Under the pieces are notes generated by a model, which was not told where the DNA came from, searched no databases, and was given only the letters and a program-made list of their open reading frames with translations. A DNA stretch of 64,000 nucleotides. Origin: Oopsacas minuta (lineage: Eukaryota; Animalia; Porifera). The stretch spans positions 915,690 to 979,689 of the forward strand of contig JAKMXF010000354.1 of assembly GCA_024704765.1 (NCBI GenBank), in the 5' to 3' direction. Made by a program: the position numbers and the translations under genes. Position 1 is the stretch's first letter. Each line of letters begins with the position of its first letter. Below are positions 26,805 to 37,900 of this stretch, one piece after another.

Positions 26805-27536
26805 TTATATTGAGCTAGAAAGTTTAACCTTAACTTTCTTCTTTATCTCATCCTGAGATTCTAACTTAACAACTTCCAAATATGGCGGGATATATTCGTT
26901 AGTGATCCATTTATTCTTAGGAATGCGGGGTAAGGTATTGATCCTCCCTGTCTTCCCTTCTCTGAGCTTCTGTTGGATATAGTCTTTATGTTTCAGCAGT
27001 AATTCCTCTTCTACTGTATTTAGAGTGAGTCTATAGGATTTCTCTAAGACAACTTCAGCTCGAGTGTCGTATGGTCCTTCCCGATATGCAGGAATCTGAG
27101 CATAAGGCCCCACTAAATCCGGGTCTCCGTCTCTCGGAATGAACATAGTATTACCAGCTTGTGTTACACGGAATTTATTGCCCCTGGGGGTAGTCACAAT
27201 ATTTACTTTCGTCGGTTTGTTACCATTATCGGGGTCAAGCAGCTGTATTTCATCTGGAACAAATGGACGCTCATATGAAATATGGACCGGTTTTCCTTCG
27301 GGACTTGTATACCGTACTGTCCGCATATTCAGAGCTCTGACGTAAATCCAATTTAGACTCCGGTAGACGGCGAGGACTCTACCACACTTCCCTATCTCTG
27401 GCCCCTTCATGACCTGTACAAAGTCCCCCGGGAAGATTGGGATCTCAACCTCCTTAAGTTTTACTCGCGGATATTTAGACCTGAATTTTTTGTATTCCAT
27501 CAACTCGCGATAACTTCTTCCCATCCAAGCCTTCAT
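26805..27536 (-). CDS. MRPL24: Mitochondrial ribosomal protein L24 (uL24m)
   Basis: KOW motif IFPGDFVQVMKGPEIGKCGRV..NWIYV; EGPYDTRAEVVLEKSY; ATG placed at 27536. Confidence 0.85.
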   Translation of the reverse strand: MKAWMGRSYRELMEYKKFRSKYPRVKLKEVEIPIFPGDFVQVMKGPEIGKCGRVLAVYRSLNWIYVRALNMRTVRYTSPEGKPVHISYERPFVPDEIQLLDPDNGNKPTKVNIVTTPRGNKFRVTQAGNTMFIPRDGDPDLVGPYAQIPAYREGPYDTRAEVVLEKSYRLTLNTVEEELLLKHKDYIQQKLREGKTGRINTLPRIPKNKWITNEYIPPYLEVVKLESQDEIKKKVKVKLSSSI

Positions 27537-27820
27537 TATTATATCTAAACTATCTAACGAATTTGAATTTTGTATTTGATAGCTATTAATTGCTACAGTC
27601 AACTCCCATTATGTCGTAGCTAAAGGGACAGCGATAATTATTTCAAAATAACCGATGCCGTGTTGGATATATTGGGAGTTGAGTGTATTGCGTTAATTAT
27701 AATAGAATGGCAGTTCTCCTCTTTTTGTATGGACAGTTCATATTTCTACTAATTTCCAGTAATGATATAGGACAGATACCTCCTTAATCACTGAATAATC
27801 TGCTACATCAATACAACAAA

Positions 27821-29162
27821 CTAATCCATGACATTATCATCATCGTCCTTATCCTTATCCTCAGGTTTAGGGTTATTCTGCTCTTGTATTGCCTTCACTA
27901 GATCCTCCTTATTAGCATCTACACCAGGTAGAGTACCTATAACATCACTCAGGAAGTTAGGATCAGTTACCAGATCGTCTCCATCTAGATCATCATCATC
28001 GTCTAGATTATCGTCATCATCCAATTCATAGTCCATGTCTATTATATCCATATCTGATCCCGTATCCCCTTCCATCGGCTGGAGGGACATCTGCATAGCT
28101 AGATGCAGCTGCTGCTCTTCTGTCAACTCGTTCAGCTCGGGAGCCTGTGAGGTAGCTAGTCCCTGCATCATACTAGTCAGAGCACTGCCCCCTGTACCGC
28201 TAGTCGTACGGGACTCACCAGCTAGGCCTGTAGACTACAGTAGATGCGGGTAAAACAACACGATATAAGCACTATCATCTGGAAAATGGTTCTCATATTC
28301 CTGTATATGTTATGCCGATTATAAGAATATGTATTGCTGCTCCAGTGGGGTTCTTATAACCGGCATCTACTGGATTGTATGATAGAATACACTAAATAAC
28401 TAATCACACAACTTACAGGTACTCGATGCTGCTGCTGCTGAATCCTAGACCTCTCTTCCTCCATAGATACACGTAATACCATAGCAAGCTCTGGGTCTTC
28501 GTTAGGATCAACTCCGAACTCATAATTTCCCGGCACAGCTCCTCCTCCAGACCCAGCCATGATAGGGGAGGAGACCAACACCTCGGAGAGGCGTGTCTCA
28601 GGGGGGACAGTGATCAAGTGACTGTTCTCTCCGTCCTTCCCATTCAATGTAGTTATCAAAGATTCTAACTTTTTAACATTTATACTTTCTTCCCCGAAAT
28701 TTATAACATCAACACTAACCTATAAGATAATGATAAAATATGATTACTGATTATTCTAGCAAATACCTTCTCTTTCCTAAGTCTCTTGCCCAGTATTACC
28801 AGATCACTTTCCTCGTCTATAACAGGACTACCCACAAACACTATTATCTTGATAGCATGATCTCTCCCTTGTCTGTGTTTCAAACACAGATGAGCTACTT
28901 GTAGTCCCTTACCCAACTCTATTTTCCCTTTAGGCTGTAGCTTACGAATAGTTGTCATTATCTTTGTAACATCCCTGGTTAGAGTAACCAGCATTTGAGA
29001 TGACGTCAGACTTAGGAGAGCTAGGCAGTTCTCAGCATTCTTGTTACGTTTGGACTGACATATCATGTTAACTGCTTCCTCCTGAGCACTGAGACGGGAA
29101 GGAATGAAATCTCCGTTTCGCATAAACTCACTGCTATCCAAGCAGATTACACATGACTCCAT
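27821..29162 (-). CDS. PSMD4: 26S proteasome subunit Rpn10/S5a; exons 29162-28767, 28719-28417, 28234-27821
   Basis: vWA domain ([18 protein letters not shown]), UIMs ([14 protein letters not shown]; [14 protein letters not shown]); exon lengths 396+303+414 keep frame. Confidence 0.93.
28238..28372. mobile_element. MITE family C in PSMD4 intron 2
   Basis: TIR CAGTAGATGC.GGT.A.AA / TTCTTATAACCGGCATCTACTG, TA at left flank; homologous to 44519-44674. Confidence 0.85.
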
Positions 29163-29313
29163 ATTTGGTAGGAATAGCTAAATTCACAAAATTATCAAAT
29201 AATATACAACTTCTTGAATTAAACTAAAGATTATGTAATTACCATAGGCTATATAAATATGAAAACAGGGAAAAGGGAACAAAGAATAGTTAGAAACACA
29301 AACGGTTATAAAG

Positions 29314-31623
29314 TTAGTCATAGAAATGCTCCTGCTCGTTATCAGTATCAATAAGGTTGGTCATAACCATCACTAGCTCGTTCTCCTTGATTACTCTTTG
29401 TATAGATTGTTCTAAACTGAGTTTTTCTTTTGAAAGACTAGCGAAGCATTCCATTATGTTACGAAGATCCGTCTCAACATGTGTGAGTAATATCCTCATT
29501 ATAGTCTGCTTGCGAGAGAGCGAATCAGGAGTATTTTCATTTTTCTCCTGCACGAAATCGAGACAGTTTTTTAGACGTAGAGCGTAGTACATATTCCTGT
29601 TCTGGATAGCTATCACACACCGTTGTAGGGCAGAGAGAATGCTCGCTTGTTTCTGAGCATTGAAAGTAGCGGACAAATGTTCAACAACTTTGGTTTCATA
29701 GATTTCTTCAAAGTCATTGAACAACACTTTGAGATGCTCCCTAGATCGCAATGAGAATAATTCAATTACATCATCTTCAGCTCGCTCTCCATTAATTGAC
29801 TGACGTAGAGTAGACAAGTCGTGTTTGAGGAGGTCATTATCCGAGTGAGACTCTTCCCATCGCTTCCCCTCCAACAATCTAAGAACCAGATTCGTGAACT
29901 TGCCCTTACCGCCAGTAGCCTTTTTGACGTGTTCAACCAAATTATAACCAGTTAATCGGGGGTAATATTCGTGGAAATAACTAATCTCACTATTGGTTGC
30001 TAAGAACAGAATATCTACAAGAGAAGAGTCGTCGATTTCAACTGCTTCCTTAGCTATCTTTACTCTCTTTCCCTCCATTGATATCCATATAGACCGGAGA
30101 CTTGTTCTCTCGTAGCTCTCAAGCAGGGCTCGAATAGTGAACAGCTGTTCGCCTGGCTTCATAAACTCTTCTATCTTTGTAATCAGATTAACTTGATAGT
30201 GTACAAGGTATTGACTTACTATCTTTAATCTATTATCGTAGCTACAACTTGATAGGATTGAGAACAGGATATTATTAGCTTTCCCCTTCTTTAACACAGC
30301 GGCGTGTATCTGTTGGACCTCTGGCAAGATGGTGTCCTCTGTCTCTGATATGAGAGCAAACAAGAGTTGCCGAAGAGCTGTGAACTTGGCTTCTTTGAAG
30401 CATTCAGCTACCCCTACTTCTAGTTGAATACCGGACAACGCAAGATACGCATCTTTTATTTCGCTTAAATCAAACTCTCGCTTCATGATAATAATACGCA
30501 CGATCGTCTGTCTGCTGCTGACGATATCAATTGGCAGGTCCTTGATAGATCCGTGAGTTAGGAACTCAATAGATTGGTAGAGACGCTGAGCATAGAATTT
30601 TACTTCATCTCTTACTGCATGGACGAATGTCTTCAAAGCGTTAATGAAATCATCCCCTATTATTTGACCAGATATGGATTTGTATGAGTTAGCTATGAAT
30701 ATACCTAAGTCCAATCCGTACTGCCTTTGGAATTCTTCTACTATTAACCTTAAATGCTCATAACTCCTCTTACTAAACACATGTATAAGATTGCTGGTTC
30801 TATTCTCATCCGTCTCGTAGATTTCAGTAACATCAACTTTAACCTGTTTCATGTCTATAAACCCTGTTTCATCACGATCCCCCTTAGACAGAGATGCCAG
30901 GAGGTTAGCGAAGTTACCGCTGGTCTCGCCTACTAGCTGAGGTTCTAATTCATATGTACGGTAGTTTTCACTCCAATTATTTCTACAGTAATGAATCTGC
31001 CCGTTAGTAGCCATGAATAATATCTCAGCAAGAGCCTCCTCATCTGTCCCAACACCTTCAAAGGAGAGGAACCGTCCAGTTGCCTTCCCTTCCATCGCGA
31101 TGAATAGCGAGTGGAGTCTAGTCACACGATACGAGTCTAGCATTGCCCGTACAGCGAAGTAATAGTTATGTGGCTTAGTTTGTTTGAAGAGATCTTCAAG
31201 CATATTCCTGTTAAATAACTCACGATATCTCTTAATGAACTTAGTACGATGTTCATAGCTCCTGTTAGGGAGAATCTCAAGCAGCACATTAAAGAGATTA
31301 TCCTTCTTAACGAGACAATGTCTTATTCTCCTGACGTCATCGTCTAGGAGAGATATAGTCATAGGCTCGGGGGTCAGAGGTTCTGGAGTCAAAGGTTCTG
31401 GAGTCAAAGGTTCTGGAGTCAAGGCTTCAGGAGTTGCATAAAATGGCTCTTCAGGTGTTGATAATGATTTAACCGAAGGAGCGCGAGGGGGCGGACGCAC
31501 GAAGGGGTTACCCCATACCACCGCGGGTGGAGCTCCGAATAGAAAGTCAGGGAGACATCTTATACGCGAATCGATGAGAGGATTACTCGGATAAAGAGCT
31601 GGAAGGTATAATACTTCTGACAT
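29314..31623 (-). CDS. Double-core (about eight-repeat) annexin, intronless
   Basis: EGVGTDEEALAEIL, ETSGNFANLLASL, RSYEHLR..F; the second half repeats the first half's layout; N-terminal (TPEPL)4. Confidence 0.85.
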   Translation of the reverse strand: MSEVLYLPALYPSNPLIDSRIRCLPDFLFGAPPAVVWGNPFVRPPPRAPSVKSLSTPEEPFYATPEALTPEPLTPEPLTPEPLTPEPMTISLLDDDVRRIRHCLVKKDNLFNVLLEILPNRSYEHRTKFIKRYRELFNRNMLEDLFKQTKPHNYYFAVRAMLDSYRVTRLHSLFIAMEGKATGRFLSFEGVGTDEEALAEILFMATNGQIHYCRNNWSENYRTYELEPQLVGETSGNFANLLASLSKGDRDETGFIDMKQVKVDVTEIYETDENRTSNLIHVFSKRSYEHLRLIVEEFQRQYGLDLGIFIANSYKSISGQIIGDDFINALKTFVHAVRDEVKFYAQRLYQSIEFLTHGSIKDLPIDIVSSRQTIVRIIIMKREFDLSEIKDAYLALSGIQLEVGVAECFKEAKFTALRQLLFALISETEDTILPEVQQIHAAVLKKGKANNILFSILSSCSYDNRLKIVSQYLVHYQVNLITKIEEFMKPGEQLFTIRALLESYERTSLRSIWISMEGKRVKIAKEAVEIDDSSLVDILFLATNSEISYFHEYYPRLTGYNLVEHVKKATGGKGKFTNLVLRLLEGKRWEESHSDNDLLKHDLSTLRQSINGERAEDDVIELFSLRSREHLKVLFNDFEEIYETKVVEHLSATFNAQKQASILSALQRCVIAIQNRNMYYALRLKNCLDFVQEKNENTPDSLSRKQTIMRILLTHVETDLRNIMECFASLSKEKLSLEQSIQRVIKENELVMVMTNLIDTDNEQEHFYD

Positions 31624-31921
31624 TAGAGTATCGTACGTATAAATAACAATTTAGTTAAACCGCACTCTTATATACCAAACAACGAACGACTAAACTATGC
31701 ATAGTTATTACCAGTTCGTATGAATTGCTAATAAGCGTTGAATAATGTAAACACAACCTGTACACCTATTCTATATGCCTGAAGAATAAGGACGAATCAG
31801 GCGATATCATAGCGTTCGCAGCTGATTACAAAGTCAATATATGTAGTAGTAGCGTGTAACATGTATTCAAAACTATTTAATTCATTCCGAATAATATTAT
31901 AGTCACCACTAGACGAATTGT

Positions 31922-34900
31922 TCATTGAAAAGTAATCACAAATCTTGGAAGATCGTGAGCTGGATCTTTCATTACGATTATACCCCCATTCTGTGTGTGG
32001 TGCTGCCCAGGAGTACCAAGTAATAGTTCGTTAACCATCATCTTCTTCCCACCTAAAACATTCTTTAAGGTTTACTGCAGGTATTCTATTAGTAAAATTG
32101 AATATACAAGTTACGTCAAGAAAGTTAATTAATACCTCTACAGTAAGAAAGTGAAATATCTGGAGTGGTAGCGAAATACTCTCCAGGCCCGTGAGCCTGC
32201 CCTTTTCTCAGAGACGCATTGTAACCATTCTGACAAATACTGTCAATATTAGCTTCAGGAGTTCCATGAAACGCCAGAGCTGTATTTCTGTTATCTTTCG
32301 CGAGGCTCTTATACTTCTCTTTGAATAACTTGAAAAGTGCACCACCTGGATGGGCATGTGGATTCTCCTTAATATCAGTTACTATTATGTTAGGAAAGGT
32401 TTTTAGCCATTTTTCAACTTCTTTCCTGTCTGTGAGGATGGCAGCTATAAACGAAAATTGCTCATTAAAATAGGACGAAATCTAAGTATAGTTATTTGAC
32501 AATTGTTTAATAATTGAATTAAATGAACAAATATTTTCTGCAAACCAATTTAACAAATTTCAGTCACAAGATCCATCACCCCAGCCGTCTCTCCATCTCT
32601 CCCATACTTTATCACAGGGAAAACTAGGCTTGCCTAGTCTAGTGTTAACTTCATTGTGAGCTCTACACAGCCATAAACTCAGTGTTAGAGAAGATGTGCT
32701 GACAGGAGGATGAGTACTCATCCAATCTCTGAAATATTCTGCACACTCTTCACAAGGAAACACATAGGAAAATGTGTGTAGAAATGATAGCATATCTTCC
32801 TGCTGTTGCTGGGAAGGTTCATCAGGGTAGTATGCTGCCATCGTGTGAAGGAAATTCCAAGTGGATTGTCCGAGCTCTATCCTGTCAACTGGACACTCCT
32901 TGGGCCACCCCTTCGAACTCTTTTGTCCTCCCTGGGGATTGATAACAGTACTCACTCCCCCGAAACCTCCTGTAGAAAGCTTCTGACTCCAAGTATTGAA
33001 ATCAGTACAAGCTCTACAAGGCTTCTTCTTATTCGAAGCTCTATCCTTCTCCGCTTCAACATCGTAAGCTAGGACACTCCCTGACATATTCAGGAACATT
33101 CCTCCAGCTGTGCCGAGCACTCTCAAGGCACGAGACAGCTGACTCATAACACTTATAAGCAGCTAACATTATACATAATTATTGGTAGCAATTATTAAGC
33201 AATAGATGTGGCTAGTGAGAAGCCATATATGGTCTGTAAGCACAAAAGAATTTTGATTATATTTTATCAGTTCACTCATTAGGCAATTTGTTATACACAA
33301 TTCTGATAATTATTAGTTATCGCATATTTGACGTAATAATTGTATGATTAGAAGAGATGACATAGAGAAGTTGGCCTTTGTATATTTACAAATTTGTACA
33401 ATTAGTCAGGTCGTAGGTAGATTTACAGATGGCATAACTATCTCGGGCCTCAGTCAAAATACAAAATGTTCGAAATTGGGGTAAACAGCTGTTTTGCTGG
33501 AGAACTGAAATTAGCATGCATTTGATATAACCGATACCAACAGTATAACAATTATATTCTACTCAGACAAATGCCTCGATTGTACTCATCAGCAGATACT
33601 AATCCGCTTATGTACTCGTCATCAATCATCATAGTAGACTCTCCTAATACAGAACTGACTGTACATAACACGGTCTGATTCCTGGTTAGTATGGTTGAAT
33701 TAAAATATTACAACTTGGTTTTCAGTATATTTCTGCATTTTGAAAAGTGTCTAATATTATGTCAAGATTGTAAGCAATTAATGTTTGGTTAATCAGCTGT
33801 CCGGCTCAACACGTGTTACTGTCTATTCAACATTTTTACTAACCATGTGAACAACCGCTAGTTCATTTGATAGTTCAATAAGGTATTATTGTCACTTTGA
33901 AGTTTTGCCAATAAAGTAATCAAAGGAATAATTATCTACCAATTCAGCTTCTTATAATACTAATAATCTACCCGACACATCTAATAGTAATTTCTATTTC
34001 AACAGGTGCTAAAATATATGAATATTTAATTAACTCACCATCTCGTCTGGGTGTATCTTGCTCAGCATGACTCTTACTACAGTAATCTTGCTGAGTCCCT
34101 GAATTCTCTACCAGTTTAGGCATGTTACAACCTGGTAGATCGCACTGAGCATTCGGGTCAATAACAACTAGAAATTAAAATAAATAACACGTAATGTGAT
34201 TATTTATATGTATATAGATTTCCTCACGTTTAGAACCCATTGCTTCAGCCTTTTTCCTATGAGACTTGGAGCAGAAATGATGAGTAACTCCATCCTCGAT
34301 AGACTTTGGTTTCCAACAGCCAGGGATGGCGCAGCGATCATCTGGCTTAACAACATTCTCTAGAAATATTTGTTAAATATGCATATGTGTAAAGTTATGT
34401 ATTCATCAAATTACCTGGACTTATCCCTTGGGTATTTCCTTGAGCTGAGTGAGACCTGGAGCAGTAGGGGTGCTCCTTACCTTCATCAAAGAATCTGTTG
34501 GGATTAAATTTAATTAATAATTGCTAAGATTGAGAATAACAATAGGGGAATTAAAATATTTGTTTTTTAGGAGTGGGGTTCCTTTTATCCTTTTAGTTAT
34601 CAAATTGACACCCTTCAATTATCAAATTCAACTTAAATACTCCCGAATAAAGGGGGGGAATAAAATTACACCCATGTAAGCGGGAGGGAACCCTTTCGAA
34701 CCCTAAGGCCTTGGCTAAGAGTGGAAACAAAAAGGGTGTAATGTTTACCGATAAATTTATCAAAAACAGGATAACAAACATAGAAACTAAGAAAATTATT
34801 CGAAATACAAATAACAAACTAAAATGTTAGGTAAAATTCTAAGATGAGAATTGTTAACTGAACTCTAAGATTCATTTCCTGGCTTGATATGAAATAGCGT

Positions 34901-37900
34901 CCCTCTGTTTCATCCATGTGACAAAATGTTCTAACATTCTTCTAAAACCCTTTCCTATATTCGCTTTCTTGTACTCTTTAATCTTCTTAACAATTGTGCT
35001 TAGACACAAATGTAATTGTCCAGACCTTATACATTGTTTATAGAATACCCAACCCATTAGAAATAGGTCAATTGCCAGTTTTGGATAGTTGCCAGTTATT
35101 ACGTCATTACACAGCTTATATATACTGGTGGAAATAGCGTATCCTACTTTACAGAGACTAGCAAAATCTTCACTTATATTCACCCCGCTGGAGAAGTTGT
35201 AATCTCTTACACATATTTTTCCGTTAGCAAACTTAATACACGTGTTAACAACTTCTTGAGCTGGTTTAGAAATGTTAGATGGGTACTTGATACAACTTAT
35301 ACTAGACCCTTGAGTGAAGGTGTCAAATGGTTGAATGGAGATGGGATTATTACAGTTCCATGAGTAAAAGGCTATCGCATTGTAAATCATTACCCCACAG
35401 TCTAATATAACATCTCCAAGGTATATCCCGTGTTCTTCCAAATAACCATCAGCTGTGAATAAGGACTGAATTCTTTTGAAAATATGGTCTCCAGGGAGGA
35501 GTCCATGTGGACAACAAGATCTACATAATAGGATTTACTCATGTCTTAGCCATATACTTGTGTGTCGTTCCAGTGAATCTATAACTCACACACATTGGAT
35601 AAAGTATGGTGATATGAATAAACCCATTCTAGCTGTGTAGAAATAATACTGGGACATAGGATTCTATACTGGGACATAGGATTCTATACTGGGACATAGG
35701 ATTCTATACTGGGACATAGGATTCTATACTGGGACATAGGATTCTATACTGGGACATAGGATTCTATACTGGGACATAGGATTCTATGCTGGGACATAGG
35801 ATTCTATGCTGGGATTAAATGGCCCTGATAGGATTGTTTTGTGATTACATATATTTTCAACCTAAGTAATTGAATCTGCTTGCTACGCCCTTGTTAATTA
35901 AAATACTCATAAGTTTTTATTATACTGTATAGATGGCATTAGTACATGGAGAGGATGATGAGAGTGATACAGAGGATACCACTAAGATTCCTCCGCTAAA
36001 GACTCAAGATAAGAAGGAGGGTGTGAAAGGGAAGTTAGTAGACGGGGAGGAGTCTGAGACAGATGATGAGGACACATACCATGACCCGGAGATTACGCAT
36101 ACTGAAGCGGACATTAGAGTAAAAGGTAATAATCATACAATGGCATGCTATCTCCACAAACGGGGCCTGTGGAAATGGGGAACTCTGGAAACGGATTGAA
36201 AATAAATAGAGCAATTTCCTAGTCCTAGACAAATGAACCTCCACAAATGGGGAAATGGGGTAGCATTTTTGGGCGTTCCTGACACCCCGTTAGTGGAGGC
36301 TATACTGGTTGAATGAAATCTAATATAGGCACTAACACTTTCGCAAGCTCATCAGAGCGAGTAGGAGAGATAGGTAAAAAGAACTTAGCAGGAGATCTAG
36401 CAAAACTATCAGAAACTCCTCAGCAAAAGAAACTAGGGGATGCTAACAGGAAATTGAGAAAGGATATAACAACTTCAGTTCTGTCAACTTACCAGAGAGC
36501 ACTACACAAAGCGGATCAGGTAGGGGACCAGATCGGGAAGTCTCAGCAGATAACAGGGAAGTGTATGGACGAGTTGAAACATACTTCTATCTATCTGGAC
36601 AGATTATCTGATATACTCGCAACAGGACTGAATGACCTCCCTCAAATAAGGGCGATAAGTACAGATACATAATAATTATTAGTAGCTTATCATTGCACCA
36701 GGAATATATTGTAAACTGAGTAGACTCAGGATTATAATTATAAATCATTACAGTGATATAGTTATAGTGTTGTTAATCCACATACATCATGTATACGATA
36801 TAGTGATATTCGTTCGCTAAACCTTTCTCCTACCTCATCGCTATATCGAATATCTATTGTGTGTATATAATCTTACGTATTATAAATATGGCATATATGT
36901 AGCGTGTTAGTAAATGGCAGATTTGACAGAAGATACCAGTTACTGCTCTACACACTGCTCTAAGTGCTTCACATCACATTGCAATGACAACATTTGTCCA
37001 TTAGTTATGTGTGTTTGTATGCAAAGAACGCATGAATGCAAACTGACAGAACACAAGAAACATATTTGTAGGGAAACAGAGGTCAGTTGTCTATTGAGTG
37101 AGATTGGTTGCCCGCTTCAAATGAAGAGGAAAGATGTATTAGAACACTTATCAGTTTGTCCTGCTAACACTATAGTGTGTAATATGCGACGAGTACGTAA
37201 CTATAATGTAAAGAACCTTCTTGTTAAACACTTGAATCCAAGAGAATCCGATCAGATACACTTCTCCTGTTACATACACGATATAGCTCTTATGCGAAGA
37301 ATGAAGAGATCTGCTAAACGGATCGATCAAGAACTCAGGACGAATCCTCACTGCAGAGAGATTGAGGCTATGGTCGAGAGTGTAGAAGGCTGTGATTGCC
37401 AGAGTTATCAGTATAGATGCCCTATGTATGACGTACAAACCGGGGATTCAGAGACTGTAATTTCATGTGGACACATTGTTAGACGCGAAGAAGTAATGGA
37501 ACATAGATTATCTCATCTATGTCTCACTGAGCAATTGAATAGTGTGTCTTGCCCAATGCAGGGTTACGGATGTACATACAAACCTCAAGCAATTGAGTTA
37601 TTAGCAGAGAGAAATTTGTGTAGTTTTAATGTAGCTGTGTGTAGCTTAGTAATAGATTGGAATCATGTGACGTCATATGAAGTTGATTATGACGCAATAA
37701 GCTATCTACCACCCAACGTTATGGATAACATACTGGATAGGCTAGATAGCTTGTCTATGAGGAATTTAAGTTGTACTAGCAAACGAATGAGAGAATTGTG
37801 TTACGAGAAATTGTACAGGAAAGGTATCGTTACTTTTGAATGGAAATCTGATGGCAAAGGGAAATGGCTTATGGGAAGAATGATTTGGTCATTTTCTAAA

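Noticed and set aside
34872-35441. Bcl-2-family call for the 189-aa ORF
   Set aside because: The C-terminal helices vaguely resemble BH1/BH2 but lack NWGR; the extended N-terminus shows LRAT/NC motifs.
35646-35814. CRISPR array
   Set aside because: Units are head-to-tail with no unique spacers, there are no cas genes, and the context is eukaryotic; it is a minisatellite.
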